Source of the DNA: Epiperipatus broadwayi
Taxonomy: Eukaryota > Animalia > Onychophora
Direction of reading: 5' to 3'
DNA length: 64,000 bases
NCBI GenBank assembly: GCA_028023455.1
Contig: JAQFVV010000002.1
Span: forward strand, 4,340,001 to 4,404,000
This document shows, piece by piece, positions 27,485 to 37,980 of this stretch (its first letter is position 1; each line of letters opens with the position of its first letter). Under the pieces are notes generated by a model. The model saw nothing but the letters and a program-made list of their open reading frames with translations. It was not told the DNA's origin and made no database searches. A program made the position numbers and the translations under genes.

Positions 27485-30400
27485 TTGTAAACTCAAATCA
27501 ACTAATGTATTTGTCTAGGTTGCATCTTATGTGTATAATATTGTGCATTTATCACAACAGACCTATGGGATATATGAATAGATAAAATATATACAGTAGA
27601 GCTGATGATGCTCAGTGAAATCATTTGCTCTCATTATGGAAGAGGATATGTCTATAAATAAGCTGTCCATTGGATTTGAAGTCAGACAGCAAAAAAATAA
27701 GTCAGTGCTGAATTGCAGTATAAATGCCAACTATACTGTTAGAACAGTGAAGCAACTTCACATTGAATTGGGAGCTGCTAAATCTTACACATGACAAAGG
27801 AAAGCTTTTAAATACAGCTGAAAATGCCAATACCTACACATGAGACAAGCTGCCACAGAACATCTGAAATATTAGGTAAACTTAGATGGGTAGTCCCTTC
27901 ATTTAATAGTTGCATAACAGTTAAATGTTACACTTAGCCAATGGTATCAAATGAAGATGTAACAGCTGATGCAATCATGACAAGATCTTAAACCTCTGTG
28001 TTGTTTAGATATTTGTCATTAATTGTAAAAAAATTGACAGCTAACATTATTAGCATATTAATAAAAATTAAAGACTCAAACACAAGTGGTCACTCATTTT
28101 TTATAAAGAAAATTTGAAGAAAATTTTTTCTTATGGCAGGTAATAAAAATTATAATGGTTAAAATTGGCTCATTAAAAGAGTTTGATCTGGCCTATCGTG
28201 AAAATTGGCCCTTATACATGGTTAGAGTGCTTTTCAGCTTGCAAGCTAATCAAATTTAGAAACCTGAAATAAAATTAGACACATTAGATTTTACATGCAG
28301 AAGCACTCCCATGTTTCTGGCTGAGTTTACTTTTGGCAAAGCACTATCTCTCTTGTCAGCATTTTTCTAACCAAAGTCCTAATGTTAATGTGGAGATGTC
28401 ACTTCAATTTTTAAACACAAGAGGAGAGGGAGAAAGCAAAAAAATGCTGTTAAAATCAGGGAGATTGCTCTTTGCATTGACTTTGGGAATTTTTAAATAA
28501 ACCTAAGAAATGATTTCATTTGTGGAATGAAAAATAACAAACTAATCAAGTCATTGGTTGAACCTGATATCACATTTGATTTAGCTCTTTCTCAGCAACT
28601 ATAGCTGAGACATTAACAAGTTAGGTGGCTTTATAAATAGAGTGATTTTACTCTTGACTGCAGGAATAAAAACAATTCATGACTATCTTTGTGATTGATC
28701 ACTTATAATATAAAACAATTGTAGATCCATTGTTGAAATTTTTTATATTTGATAAAGGGATCCCATAGCATTTCACCAGAAAGGTTAACATGGTTGAATT
28801 TTTATCAGGCTATGATTTTAAACTGGAATATATTGAAGAAATTTTCATGTAGATAACTTAAGTCAATGCCTGCATAGGCTGCAAAGTATATAAAGTCAAA
28901 AAGTTGATCAATTAATATAATAGATGTGGAATTAAATGCACTAATCAACTAAAGATCAAATGCACCAGTTAACAACAAATCATTTATATAGACCACTGGC
29001 AACCCTCATTTTCAAAAGTTAATAAAATTGATCCAACAAAGTTGGCCTAAGAAAAAACTAAATAACTTACTTCTAACCTGCCAGACTTGAAAGTTAAAGT
29101 TAAAGATGCGATTCCATCAGCTGGCTGATCTCAGGTTTATAAGATTTTAGATTATGGACACCCAGGAATTGTCAGAATGAAAAATATTACCTAGATATAA
29201 TGCCTGATAGCTTACTTTGGACTCTGATATTGTTGATTCTAAGATTCATCACTGTTGGCATTATAAGAAGAAGCAAAACAAGCCACCAAAGAATAAAATT
29301 GGCCAATGGTCTGAACCCAAATGATACTTAACCAGAATTTATGTTGACCATGCTGGCCCATGGAGGGAAAAACAGTGAAAATATTACTCCAATCTTCTGC
29401 AACTATTGAGGTTCTTAGGAGGCTATTCACTACTCATGGTCTGCCTAAAACTATAATGTCAGATAATGGCACAAACTTTACAACTGCTCTATTCAGACTA
29501 GTGTTCAGACCACTATTCTACCTTTAAAACAATGGATAGGCTGTAAGACTGTCTCAAGAGCCTAAAAAGAAAGTTAAAAAAGGCTAACACAGATAGCTGG
29601 AACCCTTGCATTGTAAGGATGTTATTAGTGCAGCATTCTACAATTTGCACTGTTACTGTGGAAATGTAAACTAAATTATTATATGACAGAGCTTGCAAAA
29701 TTAACATTACAGTTCTTAGGTCTAATTGTTCTAATGAAAAAATTGAAAATAAAAATACTAAAGTGCAAACAGGCATCTAAATTCTATGTCACATTTATAG
29801 AGAAACCTCCAAATGGATATCAGTAGTTGTGACTAAATTAAAAGGAATGCAGACAATGGTTATTCAAATAACAGAGACAACTATATAACAGACACTGAAA
29901 GTAGCTAAGATTGATCTTTGAGTCATTAGCCAGTGACCTACTAGATCTTCAGATGAAGACATCAGATCTGATGATGAAAACACTATTGGCTGATGAAAAC
30001 ACCAAACCTGCTGATGATAAAGACATCATAACTGGAGATGAAATCACTGAACCTGATGACAATAAAACCAGACCAGAAGAAGTCACAAAATGACAAAAAT
30101 GACCATGATAATGACTTGGTTTTCCATGGCTTGGTGACTACCTTCTTCATAGCTAATTTTAATCAGGGGAGAGAGTAATCATAAATCAACTTACATTCAA
30201 CTAATGCACTTTTTAAAACAGGCAAAACTCACTATACATAATGGTAATCATGTGATGTTTATTGGCTTAATGCACTTTTTCAAATTCCATCTCATCTATA
30301 TCATACTGAGCATTCTTTTCTACAGACCTATGGATATATGAATAGATATGATATATCCAATAACATAAACATGTCATTAAGTGACGATTCATAGTGAATC

Positions 30401-30850
30401 AAATTGATGTCATTGTGGAAGGGGATATAAATAGACAATTCATTGGAAGTAAAATAAGATATAACAATAAACAACTATCAGAGCTGAACAGAAGTATGCA
30501 TATTGCCTACTATATTGTTAAAAAGTGATGCAAGTTCACATTAAACTGGAAGCTGCTATATCTTAAACCTGACTTGAGGCAAGCTATCACAGTACAAGTG
30601 GAAGTGTCATTATATCTACTCATGAGGCAAGCTACCACAGAACAACTGGAAGCATTAGATAAACTTAGAAGGTCATTTGAATCCCTTCCTTCAACAGTTG
30701 TAACTAATTAATCAAAAGTGTCAGCAAAGGTTTAACAGTTGTATATGTTATAAAGGTGTTATATATTTGTTTATAAATGTTTAAACATATTTTTACAAAT
30801 CAGTGTTTGATATAATCATATATAAACATAACAATAAGTTTATTGCATCA
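27485..30850 (+). mobile_element. Gypsy LTR retrotransposon, internally deleted and decayed
   Basis: Diverged LTRs anchored by ACAGACCTATGG at 27557/30322. gag-like LREIALCIDFGNF..NDFICGMKNNKLIKSLVEPDITFDLAL (~28450-28600). Integrase RIYVDHAGP...RRLFTTHGLPKTIMSDNGTNFT (~29330-29480). PPT AGGGGAGAGAG at 30165-30175. LTR limits approximate. Confidence 0.85.
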
Positions 30851-32119
30851 TCAGATTTCAGAGGTTTGCTTCTGTGAATTTGAAATGATAGTAAACAGCA
30901 GAAATTTAAGAAAACCTTAGAAAGAATTCAAGCTTGGATCTACACTGTAAATATCCTTGGTAAATTAAATTCTTTTTCAATGTTGGTTTTAATCTTTTGA
31001 GGAGTGATGACAGATCATGGAAAAATAAGCAATGCTTTGAATAAACTTAATTACAAATTACTTGAGTTTGATAATTAATTTGATAATCATCACAAGCAAG
31101 CATTTATGTTGATAATTTATTTCATTAATCATGAAGACAATGTCAATGTATGCATCAATGGCTGTACATATCAATATTATTATAATATTCCTTGTTTTTT
31201 CATTTTCTTTTCATCACCAATCTTTCATTCTCATCTTTCCAACAGTTGCAATCTATATTACTATATAAATGTCAAAGTTTATTTATTTGTATCATGATTT
31301 TTTTTCTTATACAGAATTTTACTAACATATAAATTTTGCTTTGTTTTAAAAAAATTTCTAATTGCAATATAAAAATGTATGGAAATCTATATTGTGATTG
31401 GTTTCAAATGACGTCATAAAAAGACAAAAAGAAGCAGCATGATTAAAAGATTACAGAGTTGGAAGTTTTTTAAAATGAAAAATTGTTTTTGGTATAGCAA
31501 GATAAAATTTGATTTTGTAAACACATTTTAAAATAATTAATTGTTTGAAACCACATATTTAATTTCTTATTTAAATAATGACAAATTAGATCAGTTGTAA
31601 TAACAAATTTGATAAATTTTTAGGATTATAGTTTAAATATACATTTAATACATATTAAAATAAAATTTAAACTGGCACCCATATAGTAAGAGAAATACTA
31701 TTGAAACTTTTACTGAGAAATTGGTAAACTTTTAGGATGTCAGTTTAAATATATTTACCACATAAAAAATAAATTTTAAAATGTCATGGATACAGCAAAT
31801 GAAATACAAATAAAGGGAGAAATATTGAATTTGATGAACTTTTACCATTTTTTAAAGTATATTTTCATGTGACAAAATAAGATGTTGAGCCTGCTTATTG
31901 AAATATATACTAGAAAAATGAAGAAAGATTAGTTTTTGGTAATCTAGGTAAAATTATATTGAATTATTGAAACTTTGTTTGCACCATATAATTAATTTTT
32001 CACTTGAATATATTAGACATTAAAATTTTATAGCCATTGAAAAAATTATCACTTAAAAATATAAAATAATTTATTTTAAAATTATTTTTTGTATTTAATA
32101 CCTAAATGTGTAGTATTAG

Positions 32120-32237
32120 ACCTGCTGTGGTGAAACATGATGTCATATCTAATGCTAAAGCTAATCCTAACCATAATCCTAGCCCTAAACCTAATCCCAA
32201 CCCTAAATCAATATGGCTGTGATATTTCACAGCAGGT
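32120..32237. mobile_element. Small TIR element with internal telomere-like hexamer array
   Basis: ACCTGCTGTG(GT)GAAA ... TTTCACAGCAGGT inverted ends enclose nine degenerate CCTAAN-like hexamers (32154-32207). Confidence 0.65.
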
Positions 32238-32725
32238 ATAATATTAAAATATCAATAAAAGTTATATTTTTTGCAATACTGATGTTGACAATATTACATA
32301 AATACATTTACCAAACTTTATACTAATGCAAGAATATGCTGGAATTCAAAATCAGAATACTGTAAATATATTTTACTCACCAAATTTTGTAATAACAGCA
32401 ATGGGATAAAATGGAGAGAATTAGTGAAGGAAATTTTTATTTGGTATTCAATTCATTAAAAATGAAAAATGCAATTTTAGATAATAAAACATTAAAAAAA
32501 TTTCTACTGCTCAGAATATATCCTCCTCATATATATATAAATTAAAAATATATTTTAATAATCGATTGTATTATATTCTTTTATGTTTATTCTATTAATG
32601 TTTGCAAAGCTGCAGTTCAACTATGCTCTATTTGTGTAGCTGAGAATTAAAATATATTTAAAAATATGTACATTAAATAATAATAGATGAGTTACCAATG
32701 GCCATTAAAAATACTATACACGTTA

Positions 32726-33108
32726 AAGGATTCAAACTCAGACTTTCACATGACTCTTAGCTCTCCATGCCATCTCATACTGATCCACAACCTTGGCATT
32801 AACGTGGGCTTTGAACATTTCCATCATCAGATTTTCAATGAAATGGATGGCTGAAGAGTTGTGGCTTTGAGTAGTGTGAAGCTTGTCCATTAAAGCATGA
32901 AGATTGGCTATCTTAACATAAAGTTGAGCACTGATTGTATATATGTGTGGAGATAGTAATCTGGACCAACTGATGATTGCTGGTTTAGCATGAAATATGT
33001 ATATTGGTGATTATTTATCTTTTCAACACGTGTATGATCAGGTGGGTTAGCAATATGAGATGGCATGGGGAGCTGAGGGTCGTGTGAAAGTCTGAGTTCG
33101 AATTCCTT
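32726..33108 (+). mobile_element. ~380-bp non-coding element with ~53-bp inverted ends, hammerhead-bearing
   Basis: 32728-32779 is the diverged reverse complement of 33054-33106. The core is homologous to 13703-13950. Confidence 0.8.
32965..33008 (+). ncRNA. Type I hammerhead ribozyme, intact core, CpG-decayed stems
   Basis: ACCAA CTGATGA(32970-76) T TGCTG gtt TAGCA T GAAA TATGTA TA TTGGT: stem I ACCAA/TTGGT is perfect; stem III ATATGTAT vs ATACATAT in the 13.9-kb copy implies an ancestral palindrome ATACGTAT. Confidence 0.72.
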
Positions 33109-33984
33109 ATATATTACCATTATATGTGTGCAGATGTATGTGAGCCTGTACAGTGTATTAATTTATATATAAGTTAAAGTAGTTATTCTTATCTCTGTTT
33201 ACATTATCTCATGTAAGCATTATATAAATATATTTTAATTATCAAGTACATTACATTATTTTAATGTCTAATAATGCGAGTAAATCAGCAAATACTATTA
33301 GTATATATATATAGTTACAAGATATTTACATTTTGAATTAATTATTTAAATATATGCAATAAATTTCCAATCGAATGAATAAAAATCACGTGATGTTAAT
33401 ATTTTGCTTTAAAAGCATGATTATTTAGCTATAAGTTGCATTTCATTTCCTATATGTTATTTAATCTTATAATATCACTTCGTAACTTTCTGCTGAAAGA
33501 ATTTTAATCATTATTATATTTTGAAATTTTATATTTTTCAAAATCATAATAGTTGATACCAATTTTTTTTTTCATCATTAGTGAGAGATGATTTTTATGT
33601 TTAGTCTCTTTATAAATGTCTCTAGTGTCCTGTTTGCAGAGTCTAACATTTACATTCGTTATTTTTGAAAGAAAATCTATCATGAATAAATGTTGGCACA
33701 GATGGATGGTCTCAGTTGGAAATAAAGCCATCATTAAAATGTTTTCAAATTTTTATAAATTAAAGTGCCATAAAATAAAGATTAGAACACAGTTATAAAT
33801 CATAGTCATATAAAGAAAATATTAATAATATAAAAAATCTTTTTTTTTTAAAAATAAAAAAGTATTCAAAACTTGTAAACGATGTTTTGGAAACGTTAAA
33901 GCTTATCAAAATTCTTTTTATATAACATCAGTTTAGTTTTAGAAGAAACTTTATTCAAGGAAATATATACATACAGATAATTCA

Positions 33985-34113
33985 GTTTAAAGGAAATATA
34001 TATACAGATATTTCAATTAAAAAAATAGTATAAAACTAATCAAAGAATATTACAAAATATATATACAGATATTTCAATTAAAAAATAGTATAAGACTAAT
34101 CAAAGAATATTAC
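33985..34113 (+). repeat. ~60-bp tandem duplication
   Basis: AAATATATATACAGATATTTCAATTAAAAAAATAGTATAA.ACTAATCAAAGAATATTAC occurs twice in tandem. Confidence 0.8.
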
Positions 34114-34114
34114 A

Positions 34115-34214
34115 GTATTGGTGGTCGAGAGGTCAGCGACAGCTGCTTTACACGAACTTGTCCCGGATTAGCGGGTTCGCTTCCCGGCTGATGCTATGAC
34201 ACATGAGAAAAAAA
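34115..34214 (+). mobile_element. tRNA-derived short SINE with TSD
   Basis: GTATTGGTGGTCGAGAGG...GGGTTCGCTTCCCGG...TGACACATG followed by an A tail. AGAATATTACAGTA is duplicated at 34104-34117 and 34216-34229. Confidence 0.8.
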
Positions 34215-34559
34215 GAGAATATTACAGTAAGTATTCTCAACAGCATTCAGTGAATTATACTATTATTAAAAACATTTATAATAAAATACGAAACAAAAAA
34301 TACATCTCACTAGGGGTTAGAGCACTGATGGACAAGTGACTGTGAAAATGTCTGATGGGATAATTTTTTTTATCTCTTTGCATTATTGCCTTTAATTTGT
34401 TTTTAACAATATTAAAATTTTTGCATTACTTTTTTTTTATCTCTGTATTATTGCCTCTATTTTTTTAAAAAAAATATTAAAATTTTCTTGCATTACTATT
34501 GTAAAAGATAAGAGCACTTGTGCACCGTAATGCATATAGTATAAGTGTTGTACTTCTTA

Positions 34560-35990
34560 TTTCTGTGAAGGAAGACTATAATTGAAACTTATAATGGCAT
34601 TCTTTTTTCTGATAAATGTTTGTAATAAATGATTGAGAGTATTGTATGCTACTATACTCAAAGAATACATATTTATGTTTCTCTTTTGACGGTGGCACAA
34701 CTTACAGATAGGGTCAATGAGAAGTATGTTTCTCTTATATCTCATGAAATATAATGTTGGTAATGACCACATGTTTATTTTGAGTAGAAAATCAAAAAAT
34801 TAGGCTTGAGTGTCCAATATTTAAATCTACATATTAGCTGTTTATTATTAATGCCTAGCATTGGCAAGTCTATGTTATAATTTGTTTGTGTGTAGAAGTA
34901 CATATCTAATATTCCAGCAATGCCATTTGTCTTTGGAAAAGTTGTGTTAGGTTAGATATTGATTTACTAGGTATGAGATATTTTGTAAATGGAGTTTTGT
35001 CTGTAGATGTTATTTAAAGATTGACTTCTAAATGTGTGTATATTCTTGTTGGGAATATATTGTAAATACATGAATAGAATGTAGTCCTAATTCATTTAGA
35101 TTGCTATGATACTGCAATGACCTGAGTGAGACGAACATTATTTTTTTCACCATAAAAGTTTTTTATACAATGAATAAATCTTTGATGTAAAGGATTTTGT
35201 GAAGACTATAATCAGTGTATAATAAGTAATTTTTGTAATAATCAGCATGTTTATGAGTGATAATTTTGAGTATAGAGAAAGATATGCTTTTGAATGGGAG
35301 GATAGGGTCAACTCTGTTGTTTGAATTAGTTTGTTTTGTATTTGACTTTGCATAGTCATGTAACTCAAGTGAAAGGGAAATCCTAAATAGGCTGTAGGTT
35401 TTCCATGAAATACATTTGTATGTGTTTGTTTTTATATATATACCATGCACATATTTTATCAAGATTAAATTCTAATTTATAGGTGCAAGTGTATTCATGT
35501 AATATATCAGCTAATTTTTGTATTTTTTTTTTAGAAAAACTATCCATGTAGGCTATGCAGACTATATTATGACCAAATATGGGTATATAGATCCCTGGGT
35601 GCCAATTTTCAATGTTATTAAATATTGGATTTATGTATGGGGTGAATAGCAATACACTAAGTGGAGACTCTTGTGGAGTTGATTGATGTGGATTAAAAGG
35701 AAGATATATTTTTCCATTTAGAGTTAGGTATATTTCTCTATTTATTAGTAAGTTTGTGAGCAAATATAATATTGATTTTGGTATTGTTTTTTCAATCGTT
35801 TTTATGAGTACATCAATTGTTATCAAATCAAAAGCAGTCCTTATATCCAGTTGTACTGCCATTGGGTGGATTGTAATTTTTTTGCATTTCGCACAGTATC
35901 AATTTGAATACAAAAGCTGCTTATCCTGTTGATGAGCTTTTTTTAGAAAATTGTGCCTGTGATAACAAAGATATAAGGTGTATTTCATTC
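34560..35990 (-). mobile_element. Tx1/L1-like LINE 3' fragment, decayed
   Basis: LDIRTAFD, STPQESPLSVLL, IAYMD, YKLEFNLDK and the zinc-finger segment DPICKLCHRQK (~34690-34720). Confidence 0.85.
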
Positions 35991-37328
35991 TTGATTATAT
36001 TATACATACCATGTAACACTACACAAAAGAACAATAAGAATTCTATTACATAGAAAAACAACAAATTTTTATTCTCGTAACTACACGACTAAGAAATAGA
36101 CCATGTACAAAAGAGGATATCCTACACACAATTAATACCTCATACTATAAATTATGTCACAAGAACCACTACACCACCAAAAAACTCTTAGCACTTGTTG
36201 ATGAATTACATAAAAGGATAATACATAGTACTCCAACTACAGAAATTAATAATCTATTAATTAAACTAAAAAAACTTACAAATCCACATGTGATATGTTA
36301 AAAGAATACATTATGACAAAAATAAAAAGTTTTTCATCACACAATTACCTATCTGGCCCAAGCAATATATTTGATGGGCGCTAGGTCAACCACATGCAAT
36401 GATAGTTCCTTCAGCATTAGTGGCTGGAGATATAGTTGTCACAGGTGATAATATGCTAACAACAGTCTACAAACAGAAGATACTTCAAGATGAGCCAGTA
36501 TTCAAATCACCATTTAGCCACTTTAGTCTAAATTCTGGATGATCCAGAAATATTCAAACCTTGCCCAAGTCTCATGTTCACAGTGTGGCTTGATGATACT
36601 TCTCATCAATGCTCTAAGACAAAAGCAAATGCACATAACATACAAAATGTAACACATACAAAATGTAACAGATAAGACTTTGATATAGGCATTACATCCA
36701 ATGTTGATAATAATTTAACAAAACAAGATAAACTTGATGCACATTCTAATAAAAATAACTTAACAATATAGATACCAATATACCGCCAATTAATCAAACA
36801 TTAACAGACACTATAAGCCTCTCCACCCCTGACAATATTCCAATTAATAAAACCTCTACAGACCTTTTGGACACATTAATCATGCCAGAATCACAGATGT
36901 CCAGTTTCCATAGCAATGACACCACCTTCAACAAAAATCCAGGCCATCCACCATGTAAAAGGCGAGGGCAGAAGAGCCACCAATATAATAATGAGTAAAG
37001 ATGAAGATTTTCCACTTGTTGATCTAAATAAGAAAATTAAAACTATGATCAATAGTACACAGGAATATAATTTGGATCTCACATCTGAAAATGAAGAAGT
37101 TGTTAATGTAGATACTATCACACCTAGCTTAAACTCCAATCATGAAGTAGTAGCTGGAGGTCATGAACTCCTGCTATAATGATACAAAATCAAGTCTACA
37201 TACAAAATAGTTAATTATTTGCCTTGGTTATATATATATGCTTGTAATGTTTATATATATATATATTTCAAACAAATATATTTAACACAGTATTAATTAA
37301 TAAATTAATTAATAAACTTTATAGTGGT

Positions 37329-37757
37329 TTGTGTAGAATTTCTTTTTTCTCTTCAAATAATATAAATGATATGATAAATAACTCTAAAGCCAAGATTTCT
37401 AAGTTTGAATTAAGTTCTGTTATATATATGTTGGAATGTTGTTGTGGAATAAAATATTTAGGGGAATCCAAATGTACATTGCAAAAACCATATAATGATC
37501 ATAAGACATTATGTAAACGTGTACAGAAAGAAAATATATCTTTGTTAAATATGAATACCCCATCAATTATATTTGATCATAATCAAACATGTAATTATGG
37601 TTTTAAATTTAATAATAGAGATATAAAAATTATTCAAATTGAAAGGTGTAGTGAAAAACGTAAAATTAAAGAGGCAATGATGATATCTAGGAATAGAGGT
37701 GGTTTAATGAATAGACAATCGGCTAATATAAAGACAACAGAATTGTGGGAAATTTAA
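37329..37757 (+). CDS. GIY-YIG endonuclease domain of a Penelope-like element (5'-truncated)
   Basis: VIYMLECCCGIKYLGES...YNDH...IFDH...IKIIQIERCSEKRKIKEAMMI...LMNR matches the Penelope GIY-YIG pattern (VY..C.C...YIG.T, H, RxxxE, N). Confidence 0.8.
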   Translation: MCRISFFSSNNINDMINNSKAKISKFELSSVIYMLECCCGIKYLGESKCTLQKPYNDHKTLCKRVQKENISLLNMNTPSIIFDHNQTCNYGFKFNNRDIKIIQIERCSEKRKIKEAMMISRNRGGLMNRQSANIKTTELWEI

Positions 37758-37810
37758 ATGGATTGAATGATGGGTAATGCAAGTTTTTATTTTTTGTATG
37801 TTTGTATTAA

Positions 37811-37853
37811 CAGTTGATAAAGATTGTCAGTGAAACAATTGAAAGTACTTCTG
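37811..37853 (+). ncRNA. Decayed type I hammerhead in Penelope pseudo-LTR
   Basis: CAG TTGATAA A GATTG tcagtgaaa CAATT GAAA GTAC TT CTG: palindromic stem III AGTACT, stem I CAG/CTG, two core transitions. Confidence 0.65.
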
Positions 37854-37940
37854 GTAAAGAATATATTATTTAATTTTGAATACTGTGTTAAATATATTTG
37901 TTTGAATTATTATTATATGATTTAAAAATACAGACATTTA

Positions 37941-37980
37941 ATGGTCGTAGTTATATATATATATATATAACTACAACCAT
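37941..37980. repeat. Palindrome centred on (TA)n
   Basis: ATGGTCGTAGTT-(AT)n-AACTACAACCAT, with one CpG-type mismatch. Confidence 0.8.

Larger units (their letters stand above)
37267..37906 (+). mobile_element. Penelope-like element fragment (GIY-YIG endonuclease + pseudo-LTR) with inverted terminal copy
   Basis: A perfect 28-bp inverted repeat (37267-37294 / 37879-37906) brackets a GIY-YIG ORF and a hammerhead remnant. Confidence 0.8.

Noticed and set aside
27600-27635. CTGATGATGCTCAGTGAAA inside the Gypsy LTR
   Set aside because: Stems II and III are not convincing, and the homologous LTR copies do not conserve the core.
29945-30062. Several CTGATGA/CTGATGAT motifs
   Set aside because: They are Asp/Glu-rich codons in the post-integrase tail of the Gypsy element and form no hammerhead stems.
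34321-34360. CTGATGG ACA..TGT GAAA ATG TC, a possible hammerhead
   Set aside because: Core substitution, unpaired stem III and only 2 bp of stem I; not distinguishable from chance.
35915-35960. TTGATGAGC...GAAA hammerhead-like string
   Set aside because: It lies within minus-strand RT coding sequence (KKSSSTG*AAFVFK) and stem II does not pair.
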